From an uncultured bacterium (lineage in GTDB: Bacteria; Omnitrophota; Omnitrophia; Omnitrophales; Aquincolibacteriaceae): 64,000 bases of DNA. The notes beneath the pieces are model-generated. The model ran no database searches. It was given only the letters and a program-made list of their open reading frames with translations, and was not told the DNA's origin. The stretch lies in the NCBI GenBank assembly GCA_964606385.1, contig CAZSFZ010000003.1, positions 29,493 through 93,492 of the forward strand. Reading direction: 5' to 3'. The position numbers and the translations under genes are program-made. Shown piece by piece: positions 46,301-55,052 of the stretch (position 1 is its first letter; every line of letters starts with the position of its first letter).

Positions 46301-49300
46301 TCAGGAACACCCCATGCTATTACCGCAATTAAGGCACTTGTAGCAGGAGCCGCTCCGCACGGTCACATGGCCGCAATTCGTGCAAAAGGGAGCGTCTCCC
46401 ATCATGTTCGAAAGATGCTCGTTCGCGCCGGCCGCCGCAACGGAAGCGTTCTTTTTGACGGCGCTTGCCTGCGGGGGCACTTCTTCCTTGGCCGGAGCCG
46501 GGATCTCGATCATCGGCGCCTGTGTTACGGCCGAGGCCACGCTCTTATTCACTTGAAGGTCTTCGGGTTTGGGCGGGATCTGGACAAACTCGGTCATTCC
46601 AAGATATTCCATCCCGAGCACCCGGAAGAGATAATCCACGATCGAGGTGGAGAGCTTGATATTCGGATGGTCCACAAGCCCCTGCGGCTCAAAACGCGTG
46701 AATGTGAACACATTCACGAATTCTTCAAGCGGCACGCCGTACTGCAAGCCAAGCGAGACCGCGATCGCGAAACAGTTCATCATGGAACGGAACGCGGCTC
46801 CTTCCTTGTGCATATCGACAAAGATCTCGCCGAGCATCCCGTCCGGATATTCCCCCGTCCTGAGGTAGATCTTCTGCCCTCCCACGCGGGATTCCACCGT
46901 GATCCCGGCGCGTTTCTTGGGCAGACGCCTGCGCTGCAGGACCGGAGGATGCGCGGTCTGGATCTCGTTTTTCTTTTCGGATTTTTTGTCCGAAGCTGAA
47001 TCCCCGGATTTTGTGTTCAGCGGCTGCGAAAGCTTCGAGCCGTCCCGGTAAAGCGCGACGGCCTTGAGCCCCATTTTCCAGGATTCGACGTAGATCTTTT
47101 CGATATCCTCCACCGTGCTTTCATGCGGCAGGTTCACGGTCTTGGAAATGGCGCCGGAAATGAACGGCTGCGCCGCGGCCATCATGCGAACATGCGTCAT
47201 GGGTTCGATAAAACGTTTGCCGTATTTCCCGCATCGATTCGCGCAATCAAAGACCGGCAAGTGCTCAGGCTTAAGGTGCGGCGCTCCTTCGATCGTCATC
47301 ATCCCGCAGATCACATTGTTCGCTTCCTCGATCTCCGTCTTGGAAAAACCGAGAGCCTCGAGCACGTTAAAACGAAGATGGCTGTAATCCTCGGGCTTGA
47401 AACCGAGACGTTTCAGCGTGTCTTCTCCAAGGGTCCACTTGGTGAAAGCAAAGCTCAGATCAAAGACGGACGGCAGCATAGTCTCGATCTTGTCGAGTTC
47501 GGGGCTCGTGAAACCTTTGGCCGCCAAAGTCGAACGGTTGATCCAGGGAGTGCCTTCGAGACGCGACGTCCCTTGAATGTATTCCACGATACTCTGGACC
47601 TCGGTCTCGGAATACCCGAGTTTATGGAGCGCCGCGGGGACGCCCTGGTTGATGATCTTGAAATAACCGCCGCCGGCGAGTTTTTTGAACTTCACCAGCG
47701 CGAAATCCGGCTCGATCCCGGTCGTGTCACAATCCATGAGAAGCCCGATCGTACCGGTCGGGGCGATCACCGAGACCTGGGCGTTGCGATAACCGTAAAG
47801 CTTCCCGATCTCATACGCGTCTTCCCAATCCTCATGCGCCGCGACCAGAATGTCCTGCCAGCAATGTTCGGCTGGGATCTTGTGCGCCGCCGCGCGGTGT
47901 TTCTCGATCACGCGAAGCATGGAGCTTTCATTCTTTTTATAATCCACAAAAGTGCCCTTCGACGCCGCGATCTCGGCCGAGGTCCGGTAAGCATGCCCAG
48001 TAAGGATCGCCGTAAGCGCGCCGCAGATCGCGTACGCCTGCGGGCTGTCGTAGGGAATACCGCTCACCATAAGAAGACTTCCGAGGTTCGCATAACCGAT
48101 CCCAAGCGGACGGTAAACATGGCTATTCCGGGAGATCTGTTCGGTCGGGTACGACGCGTAATCCACCAGAATATCCATCGCCGTGATAAAAACCCGCGTG
48201 GTATGGCGGAATCCTTCGACATCGAACGTTCCATCCGGCCGTTGGTACTTCATCACATTGATGGAGGCGAGGTTACAGGCCGAATCATCAAGGAACATGT
48301 ATTCCGAGCAGGGATTCGAGGCATGGATGCGGTCCGTGTTCGCGCAGGTATGCCAATCATTGATCGTGGTATCGAACTGGACGCCGGGATCGGCGCAAGC
48401 CCAAGCGGCGAACGCGATCTGGTCCATCATGTCCTTGGCCTGGAAAGTCTCGCAAACATCTCCTGTCGTACGAAAACGCGTCTGCCATTTCCCGTCATTG
48501 AGATAAGCGCGCATGAACTCATCCGAGATCCTCACAGAATTATTCGAGTTCTGTCCCGCCACGGTCTTATAAGCTTCGCCGTTAAAATCCGAGGAATAGC
48601 CGGCCGCGATAAGCGCCGCGACCTTTTTCTCCTCGCGGACCTTCCAGTTAATGAAGTCCATGATCTCGGGATGATCGAGGTCCAGGCAGCACATCTTTGC
48701 CGCGCGGCGCGTGGTCCCGCCGGATTTCGTCGCACCGGCCCCGCGATCCAGCACCTCCAAAAAGGACATGAGGCCCGACGAAGTCCCGCCGCTTGAGAGT
48801 TTCTCCTGGCGTCCGCGCAGCTTCGAAAAATTCGTCCCCGTTCCGGAGCCGTACTTGAAAAGCCGTGCTTCATTTTTGATCAGGTCAAAGATCGACATCA
48901 AATTATCTTCGACGGACTGGATGAAGCAAGCTGAACACTGCGGGTTGGAGTAAGAATCGGTGGACTGACGGATCGTATCGGTCACGGGGTCCCAGTAATA
49001 ATTCCCGCCGCTTCCTTTGATGCCGTAGAGGTCCATGCCGCAGTTGAACCACACGGGAGAATTGAAGGCACATTTCTGGCTGATCATCAAATGAAGCAGT
49101 TCTTCTTCAAAAACCTGGGCATCCGCCGGCGTTTTGAAGTAACCCCCGAACTTTTCGCCGGCAACGCGGATCGAATGCGCGATCCGGTACACCACCTGAC
49201 GAGCGCTCACTTCGGATCCCGTCTCGGGAACCCCCGCCTTGCGGAAATATTTCGATACAATGATGTCCGTCGCAAGTTGGCTCCAACCTTCGGGGACTTC

Positions 49301-49477
49301 CACGTTCTCCATCTTGAAAACGACCGACCCGTCAGGATTCGTGATCACCGAACTGCGCTTGACGTATTTGACCTCATCCAGCGGATGCAGGCCGGGCTTT
49401 GTGAAAAACCTCTTGAATACGAGCCCTTTGCCCTGGCCCTGCCCCTCTTCGACGGTGGATACCTTCTCAGTCTTCAT
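46301..49477 (-). CDS. nrdJ: Adenosylcobalamin-dependent (class II) ribonucleoside-diphosphate/triphosphate reductase, long monomeric form.
   Basis: The RNR active-site block [21 protein letters not shown], large 10-stranded barrel regions, and a C-terminal Cys zinc ribbon ([26 protein letters not shown]). The gene is 1058 aa. Confidence 0.85.
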   Translation of the reverse strand: MKTEKVSTVEEGQGQGKGLVFKRFFTKPGLHPLDEVKYVKRSSVITNPDGSVVFKMENVEVPEGWSQLATDIIVSKYFRKAGVPETGSEVSARQVVYRIAHSIRVAGEKFGGYFKTPADAQVFEEELLHLMISQKCAFNSPVWFNCGMDLYGIKGSGGNYYWDPVTDTIRQSTDSYSNPQCSACFIQSVEDNLMSIFDLIKNEARLFKYGSGTGTNFSKLRGRQEKLSSGGTSSGLMSFLEVLDRGAGATKSGGTTRRAAKMCCLDLDHPEIMDFINWKVREEKKVAALIAAGYSSDFNGEAYKTVAGQNSNNSVRISDEFMRAYLNDGKWQTRFRTTGDVCETFQAKDMMDQIAFAAWACADPGVQFDTTINDWHTCANTDRIHASNPCSEYMFLDDSACNLASINVMKYQRPDGTFDVEGFRHTTRVFITAMDILVDYASYPTEQISRNSHVYRPLGIGYANLGSLLMVSGIPYDSPQAYAICGALTAILTGHAYRTSAEIAASKGTFVDYKKNESSMLRVIEKHRAAAHKIPAEHCWQDILVAAHEDWEDAYEIGKLYGYRNAQVSVIAPTGTIGLLMDCDTTGIEPDFALVKFKKLAGGGYFKIINQGVPAALHKLGYSETEVQSIVEYIQGTSRLEGTPWINRSTLAAKGFTSPELDKIETMLPSVFDLSFAFTKWTLGEDTLKRLGFKPEDYSHLRFNVLEALGFSKTEIEEANNVICGMMTIEGAPHLKPEHLPVFDCANRCGKYGKRFIEPMTHVRMMAAAQPFISGAISKTVNLPHESTVEDIEKIYVESWKMGLKAVALYRDGSKLSQPLNTKSGDSASDKKSEKKNEIQTAHPPVLQRRRLPKKRAGITVESRVGGQKIYLRTGEYPDGMLGEIFVDMHKEGAAFRSMMNCFAIAVSLGLQYGVPLEEFVNVFTFTRFEPQGLVDHPNIKLSTSIVDYLFRVLGMEYLGMTEFVQIPPKPEDLQVNKSVASAVTQAPMIEIPAPAKEEVPPQASAVKKNASVAAAGANEHLSNMMGDAPFCTNCGHVTVRSGSCYKCLNCGNSMGCS

Positions 49478-49520
49478 AAAGCCTATTTTCTCCTTAAACT
49501 TTTTAAAAGCTTATTAAAGA

Positions 49521-49568
49521 TTACTATATGTGGGTGATTTCAACGAACCATCCACTACATATAGTATC
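49521..49568. promoter_or_regulatory. Two NrdR-box-like palindromes upstream of nrdJ.
   Basis: ttACTATATgTGggtg (49521-49536) and ccACTACATATAGTATcg (49551-49568). The second matches the NrdR consensus aCaCtATATaTaGtGt at about 13 of 16 positions. The centre-to-centre spacing is about 30 bp and the boxes are 45-90 bp upstream of the nrdJ start. Confidence 0.35.
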
Positions 49569-49658
49569 GAACGTGCCTGTTTTTCTCAGATCAATTTTTG
49601 TCACAGGGAACGCCCGAAACTTCAGGAACTTGCGATTTGTTGTCGAACCTCAGGATAC

Positions 49659-49694
49659 CAAAAAAAATTTCACCGCCAACCCACTGCGGCGGTG
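49659..49694 (-). terminator. Rho-independent terminator downstream of mnmE.
   Basis: On the minus strand the stem CACCGCC-gcagtgggtt-GGCGGTG is followed by AAA and then TTTTTTTT. Confidence 0.5.
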
Positions 49695-49831
49695 AATCCT
49701 ATTTTTAAGAAAACATTTTTTATTAATTTTTATGCTGAAAAAAAATTCAAATCGTCCAGCGAGTGGAATTTTAACAAAGAAACATCCGATGTCAACGCAA
49801 TTTAAAAATTATTTTCAAAATTTTTAAAAAA

Positions 49832-51223
49832 TTATTTACCGATGCAAAATTCCGAAAAAATTATATCCAAAAGATCCTCGGAATAGACCTCCCCGGTCAG
49901 TTCTTTCAGGGCTTCCAGGGCTGCGCGAAGGTCCGGTGAGATGCATTCGAGCGAAACATTCATCTGGAAAGACGCTTCCGCGCGCCGGATCATTTCCAGC
50001 GCCGCCTCCAGCGCCTTCTTGTGGCGCAATTTCGTGATCTGTTCTCCCGATTCCGAGGTCCCGGTCTCCAGATACGCCGCGATCCTGTTCTCAAGCTCAT
50101 GAAATCCCGTCCGGGTTTTTGCGGAGATCGCGATTGCCGGCAGATCGCCGCATAACGCCTTGATCTCGTGATCTTGGATCTTTAAAGGGAGGTCGGATTT
50201 GTTTGTTAGCACAATGATCTTTTTATTTTTGGGAATAAGCCCGAAAACATGGTGGTCGGCGTCCTCAAGCGGCGCGTGGCTATCTAATAAAAACAGCACC
50301 AGGTGACTTTCCCGCAGTGCTTCAAGCGATCGCTCCATGCCCATTTTGTCCAGGGGATGATCCGCCGCGGCGATGAGCCCCGCCGTGTCCCTCAAGCGCA
50401 CATAAAAGCCGCGGATCTCGAGCTCTTCTTCGAGGGGATCGCGTGTCGTGTGCGGCAGATCGGAAACAAGCGCCCGGTCCCGTTCCAAGAGCGCGTTAAA
50501 AAGCGAGGACTTCCCCACGTTGGGTTTTCCCGCGAGCGTCACGAGCATCCCTTCGCGGATCAACTGATTGCGTTCAAATCCCGCGATCAGGGCCTTGATC
50601 CTTTCCTGGAGCTTCGCGAATTGCTGCCGCATGCCGTCTTTAACATCCACCTCCAGATCCTCTTCCGGAAAATCAAGATAGGCTTCCATGTGGGCCAAAA
50701 GCCGCATGAGCTCTTCTTTTAATGCTTTGAGGGTGCGGGAAAGCGACCCGGAAAGCTGACGGACCGCGATCTCAAGCGAAGAATCGCTTTTGGCATGAAT
50801 AAGATCGAGCACGGCTTCGGCCTGCGTCAGGTCGATCTTGCCGTTTATGAAAGCGCGCCGCGTGAACTCCCCCGGTTCGGCATGGCGGGCGCCTTTTTCC
50901 AAAAGAAATCCCAGGATCTTCTTCGTGACCGCGAAACCTCCGTGACAGCTGATCTCGATCACGTCCTGCCCCGTATAGGAACGGGGGGCGCGAAAACAAC
51001 TCACGAGCACCTGGTCCAAAAGGGCCCCCGAAGGGTCCGTGAATTTCCCCCATTGGACCGTGTTCGCGGTCGCCTCTTTGAGTTTCTTCTTTTCGTGAGG
51101 GACAAAGAACGGCTCCACCAGATCGTAGGCTTGGGGGCCGCTCACGCGGATCACCGCGATGCCGCCTTCGCCCGCCGGCGTTGCTACCGCGGCGATCGTA
51201 TCGTCCATTTCCATTTTAGCCAT
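49832..51223 (-). CDS. mnmE: tRNA modification GTPase MnmE (TrmE).
   Basis: An N-terminal THF-binding domain (IAAVATPAGEGGIAVIRVSG), the GTPase motifs GKPNVGKSS and DTAG, and the C-terminal CIGK tetrapeptide. The start at MAKME (51223) is preferred over the track's 51412. Confidence 0.9.
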   Translation of the reverse strand: MAKMEMDDTIAAVATPAGEGGIAVIRVSGPQAYDLVEPFFVPHEKKKLKEATANTVQWGKFTDPSGALLDQVLVSCFRAPRSYTGQDVIEISCHGGFAVTKKILGFLLEKGARHAEPGEFTRRAFINGKIDLTQAEAVLDLIHAKSDSSLEIAVRQLSGSLSRTLKALKEELMRLLAHMEAYLDFPEEDLEVDVKDGMRQQFAKLQERIKALIAGFERNQLIREGMLVTLAGKPNVGKSSLFNALLERDRALVSDLPHTTRDPLEEELEIRGFYVRLRDTAGLIAAADHPLDKMGMERSLEALRESHLVLFLLDSHAPLEDADHHVFGLIPKNKKIIVLTNKSDLPLKIQDHEIKALCGDLPAIAISAKTRTGFHELENRIAAYLETGTSESGEQITKLRHKKALEAALEMIRRAEASFQMNVSLECISPDLRAALEALKELTGEVYSEDLLDIIFSEFCIGK

Positions 51224-52535
51224 GAGTGAGAACCTTTCGCGCTTCACCGACCAAATAGAACGATCCCGCCACCACGACGCTATCTCCCGTACTTGAAACC
51301 TTCCGGACCAGCTCAAAGGCTTCACGGATATTCTGGGCCGGGAGCATGCATTTGAAAAGTCCTTTAGCTTCATCGAGAAGCATGGAAACGGTTTTCGCCC
51401 GGTTCCCGTCAATGCCGGTCAGGATTATTTTAGAAAAAAATCCGCTCAGGATCCGGAGCATCTCGCGGCTGTTCTTGTCATTCATCGCGCCAAACACCAA
51501 CCAAAGATTCCTCTTTTTTTCGTCATTGCGAGCGCAGCGAAGCAATCTATAGCGTGCGAGATTGCCGCGTCGCCTCTCCTCCGTCGCGGCTCCTCGCAAT
51601 GACATAATAAGCCCTTTCGTTGAGATCGGATTGTGGGCGCCATCCAGAATGAACCTCCGTCCATGTTGCTGGAAGGCTTCCATCCTTCCTTTCCAGTGAC
51701 GGCATTGCAATCCCTGTTTGGATCGCTCGAGCGTGAGTGGATAATGAAAATATTTTTGAAGAATCTCAGCTGCTTTCCAAGCGACGCCCGCGTTCTGCTT
51801 TTGAAAACCTCCGGCCAGTCCCAGCCTGACGCCGGAAAAAGGTCCGGCTTTCCACAAAGTTCCGCGGTTCTTTTTGACCGACCCGTGGATCACCCTCAAA
51901 GCCTCCGGGGCCTGATTTCCGATCACCACATGGTTTCGGAATTTGATGATCGCGGCCTTTTCCGCGGCGATCCTCGCGATCGTGCTCCCCAGGAACGCTT
52001 CATGATCGAGATGGATGGGCGTGAGGATCACCAGCGGTGCTTTCAGGACATTGGTCGCGTCAAGACGCCCGCCAAGCCCGATCTCGAAGATGCCGATCCG
52101 GACGCCTGTCCTCGCGAAGATCCAGATCGCCAAAAAGGTCAGGATCTCGAAATAGGTCAGAACTCCCAATCGGCCCGGGAGAGGGTTTTTGTTTAAAAGA
52201 TTCCGGATCACCGAAAGGCCTTCCGCCCAAAGCTTGGGGGATGCCATGTCCCCTTGGATCCGGATGCGTTCACGCGGGGTTTCCACATGCGGTGAATGAT
52301 AATAGCCTGTCTGGATGCCGTTGGTTTTGAGAATGGACTCCAGAAAAAACCCTGTAGAGCCCTTACCGGTCGTACCGGCGATCAGGATCGGGAAAAATTT
52401 CTTTTCGGGGTGGCCGCTGATCCGGAGCAGATGCTCCATGCGTTTCAGATTAAAGAAGGCGTTGTCCGGGAACCGGCTCAGCTTTTCGAGGTTCAGGAAG
52501 GAATCAAGATAGCTGAGGGATTGGGAGTAATTCAT
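51216..52535 (-). CDS. folC: Bifunctional folylpolyglutamate synthase / dihydrofolate synthase, carrying an in-frame ~27-aa insertion encoded by a palindromic element.
   Basis: The Mur-ligase family P-loop IAGTTGKGST, plus DATNV and LDGAHNP. Between AHNP and LVFGAM lies an extra segment ...GAATEERRRGNLARYRLLRCARNDEKK..., encoded by the 51522-51603 TIR element. Confidence 0.85.
   Translation of the reverse strand: MNYSQSLSYLDSFLNLEKLSRFPDNAFFNLKRMEHLLRISGHPEKKFFPILIAGTTGKGSTGFFLESILKTNGIQTGYYHSPHVETPRERIRIQGDMASPKLWAEGLSVIRNLLNKNPLPGRLGVLTYFEILTFLAIWIFARTGVRIGIFEIGLGGRLDATNVLKAPLVILTPIHLDHEAFLGSTIARIAAEKAAIIKFRNHVVIGNQAPEALRVIHGSVKKNRGTLWKAGPFSGVRLGLAGGFQKQNAGVAWKAAEILQKYFHYPLTLERSKQGLQCRHWKGRMEAFQQHGRRFILDGAHNPISTKGLIMSLRGAATEERRRGNLARYRLLRCARNDEKKRNLWLVFGAMNDKNSREMLRILSGFFSKIILTGIDGNRAKTVSMLLDEAKGLFKCMLPAQNIREAFELVRKVSSTGDSVVVAGSFYLVGEARKVLTHG
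51522..51603. repeat. 82-bp palindromic MITE/RPE-like element inserted in-frame in folC.
   Basis: The 11-bp terminal inverted repeats are GTCATTGCGAG ... CTCGCAATGAC. Internal nested inverted repeats are gcaatct/agattgc and gccgcg/cgcggc. Flanks are AT-rich (tttttttc | ataataag). The core gtcattgcgagcgcagcgaagcaatc resembles a palindromic repeat seen in many uncultivated-bacterial genomes. Confidence 0.55.
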
Positions 52536-52540
52536 TTTCT

Positions 52541-52603
52541 CGGGAAACGGGGAACGGCAAACGAGAAACGATCCGTTAACCGTTCGTCGTTACCCGTTCC
52601 CCG
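52541..52603. repeat. REP-like palindromic element, copy e, between purH and folC.
   Basis: gggaaacggggaacggcaaacgagaaacgatccgttaaccgttcgtcgttacccgttcccc. The arms are GGGGAACGG/CCGTTCCCC and the core is CCGTTAACCG. Confidence 0.5.
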
Positions 52604-52608
52604 ATGTT

Positions 52609-54186
52609 TTAATGTTTAAAATGCCGCTCGCCGGTGAAGGCCATCGCGATGCCGGCCTGGTCGCAGGCGGCGATCACATCGTTATCGCGGATGGAACCAC
52701 CGGGCTGGATGATCGCCTTGATCTTGTGCTTGGCCGCGAATTCGATCGAATCCGGCATTGGGAAAAAAGCGTCGCTTCCGAGCATCGCGCCTTCGGCTAG
52801 GTATCCCGCCTTCTGGATCGCGATCTGCACCGAGTCCACGCGGGACATCTGCCCTGCCCCGATCCCGACCGTTCGTTTGCCCTGCGTCAGCACGATCGCG
52901 TTCGATTTCACAACTTTGGAGCACTGGAACGCGAAGATCAGCTCTTCGGTCTCGGCTTCGGACAGTTTGGCCTTTGTAACAAAGTTCAGTTTCTTTTTAA
53001 GTTCCGCCATGTGATCTTTGATGGGACGGTTCTTTTCCTGGACCAGGATGCCTGTGCGAAGGAACTTCACGTCGTAAAGGTTCTCGTCGCGGAATTGATG
53101 GACCTCGATCAGGCGGAGGTTTTTGCGCGCTTTAAGAAGCTTGAGCGCTCCCGGCTTGAAGGACGGGGCGACCAGCACTTCAAAGAACGCGAGCTTCTCG
53201 AGCACCTTTTCCGCGATCTTCCGGTCGCAGCAACGGTTCACGCCCACGATCCCGCCAAAAGCGGAGAGCGGATCGCCGTCGATCGCCTTTTCGACCGCGA
53301 CAAGCGCTTGCGTGTCCTGCGCGATGCCGCAGGGATTGTTGTGCTTAATGACGCACGCGGCCGGCGCGTTGAACTCCGCGAGCACATCGAGCGTCGCGTC
53401 CACGTCCATGAGGTTATTAAAGGAAAGCTCCTTGCCGTGAAGCTGGGTCCAGGAGGCCCCGGCCTTTTGCGTGGTCGGGATGTAATAGGCGGCTTTTTGA
53501 TGCGGGTTCTCGCCGTACCGCAGGTCCTGCGCCTTTTTGAAATGGAACACAAATTGCGGCGGGAGCGCGGCGTCTTCCGCGGTTTTCTTTTTATGTTTGG
53601 CCATGTATTGGCTGATCACCGCGTCATACGCGGACGTTTTTTCAAAAACCTTTTGTGAAAGCGCGAACCGCGTTTCATCCGTCACGCTTCCCTTGTGCTC
53701 ATCAAGTTCTTTGGCGACGCGATCATAGTCCGCAACGTCCGTGATCACGGTCACCGATTCATAGTTCTTGGCCGCGGAACGGAGCATGGACGGCCCGCCG
53801 ATATCGATGAATTCCTTGGCCTCGTCCATACTGAGGTTCCCCTTGCTCGTCGCTTCTTCGAAGGGATACAGGTTCACGACCACGAGGTCGATGGGCTTGA
53901 TCCCGTGCGCTTTGACCTGTTTCTGGTGGCTTTTTTTGTGGCGGAGGAAAAGAAGCCCGCCGTGGATCTTCGGGTGAAGGGTTTTCACGCGGCCGTCGAG
54001 CATTTCGGGAAAACCCGTGTAATCCTCGACCGCCATCGCGGGGACCTTGGCGTCCTTCAGGGCTTTCAGCGTGCCGCCGGTGGAAAGGATCTCCGCGCCG
54101 TGTCTTCGCAGGGTTTTGGCAAAAGGGATAAGACCTGTTTTATCAGAGACGCTGATGAGCGCGCGATGGACCGTGTGACGTGACAT
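52609..54186 (-). CDS. purH: Bifunctional AICAR formyltransferase / IMP cyclohydrolase.
   Basis: The N-terminal MGS-like segment ALISVSDKTGLIPFAKTLRRHGAEILSTGGT. The protein is 525 aa with the AICARFT/IMPCHase blocks. Confidence 0.95.
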   Translation of the reverse strand: MSRHTVHRALISVSDKTGLIPFAKTLRRHGAEILSTGGTLKALKDAKVPAMAVEDYTGFPEMLDGRVKTLHPKIHGGLLFLRHKKSHQKQVKAHGIKPIDLVVVNLYPFEEATSKGNLSMDEAKEFIDIGGPSMLRSAAKNYESVTVITDVADYDRVAKELDEHKGSVTDETRFALSQKVFEKTSAYDAVISQYMAKHKKKTAEDAALPPQFVFHFKKAQDLRYGENPHQKAAYYIPTTQKAGASWTQLHGKELSFNNLMDVDATLDVLAEFNAPAACVIKHNNPCGIAQDTQALVAVEKAIDGDPLSAFGGIVGVNRCCDRKIAEKVLEKLAFFEVLVAPSFKPGALKLLKARKNLRLIEVHQFRDENLYDVKFLRTGILVQEKNRPIKDHMAELKKKLNFVTKAKLSEAETEELIFAFQCSKVVKSNAIVLTQGKRTVGIGAGQMSRVDSVQIAIQKAGYLAEGAMLGSDAFFPMPDSIEFAAKHKIKAIIQPGGSIRDNDVIAACDQAGIAMAFTGERHFKH

Positions 54187-55039
54187 CGTGTTGAACCCTC
54201 CTCTTAAAGCAGCGGTGTAGTTTTAAAGTGATGGGACCGGGTTTTCCGGACCCGATCGAGCGACCATCCAACTCGCGGACCGGCAGGACCTCCCAGGAAG
54301 TATTGCAAAGAAAAGCTTCATCCGCGTTGAAAAATTCGTGCCGGGTCAGCGGAACTTCCCGGACTTTTATCCCGCATTCGAGGGCGCATTTTATCACAAA
54401 CCTCCGGGTCACTCCATTCAAGATTCCGTGCTCCGGCGGCGTCAAAAGCTCCGCGCCCTGACCTGTCCGACCTCCGGGGTCGGATCGGTCCGACCTCCGG
54501 GGTCGGATCCGGTATTTCACGATGAAGAAATTCCCGATCCGGGTCTCGGTCAGCAGACCCTCCCGGTCCAGGAATACCCATTCATAGACCTTATCCGCGT
54601 GGGGCTCGGTACTCGCCATGATCGCCTGCTGATAGGCCGAGGTTTTGGCCTGCCAGGGAAAGGTGCTGGGCCCACCCCTCGGGAACGTCGCGGTCTTCAG
54701 GGCGACCCCTTCCTCGTAAATTCTTTGGGGATGCTCCCGGAACCCCAGCATCACAAAAGAACGGCCCTCCCATAAAGTCAGCCGCACAAAACATTCCGGA
54801 GCCCCGAAAGCGTGAAGTGCCGCCGCGAGCTCCCGCCGCAGCCGCGCCGGATCCGGCATCGGCCGGTAACCCACGGTCCTGGCCGACTCCAGAAGCCGCG
54901 CGAGATGTTCCTTTTCATGAAAGATACGGCCGCGATAAGCGCGCATGCTCTCAAAAACGCCGGCGGCTTCGGTCTTCGCCAGGTCCAGCGAGATCTGCCC
55001 CGCGATTTCTTTTCCGTTCTCGTAAATTTTATAAGCCAT
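54143..55039 (-). CDS. pabC: Class IV aminotransferase fold protein, probably aminodeoxychorismate lyase (PabC), with a repeat-derived loop insertion.
   Basis: The fold-type IV PLP motifs are present (E..GNFFIVK ... LLTPPEHGILNGVTRRFVI). It is immediately downstream of the pabB-like gene. About 16 extra residues (RIRPRRSDRSDPGGRTGQG) are encoded by a tandem 2x23-bp hairpin repeat at 54466-54511. The start at MAYKIY (55039) is preferred. Confidence 0.65.
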   Translation of the reverse strand: MAYKIYENGKEIAGQISLDLAKTEAAGVFESMRAYRGRIFHEKEHLARLLESARTVGYRPMPDPARLRRELAAALHAFGAPECFVRLTLWEGRSFVMLGFREHPQRIYEEGVALKTATFPRGGPSTFPWQAKTSAYQQAIMASTEPHADKVYEWVFLDREGLLTETRIGNFFIVKYRIRPRRSDRSDPGGRTGQGAELLTPPEHGILNGVTRRFVIKCALECGIKVREVPLTRHEFFNADEAFLCNTSWEVLPVRELDGRSIGSGKPGPITLKLHRCFKRRVQHDVTSHGPSRAHQRL

Positions 55040-55052
55040 AGGGTGACAGGGT

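Noticed and set aside
47123-48796. 557-aa plus-strand ORF, plus 46367-46999 (+).
   Set aside because: It is antisense to nrdJ. The other antisense ORFs longer than 300 aa were rejected the same way: 56706-58121 (opposite DUF1015), 58612-59655 (opposite MIPS), 29211-30335 (opposite transketolase/GGT) and 13974-15005 (opposite rlmD).
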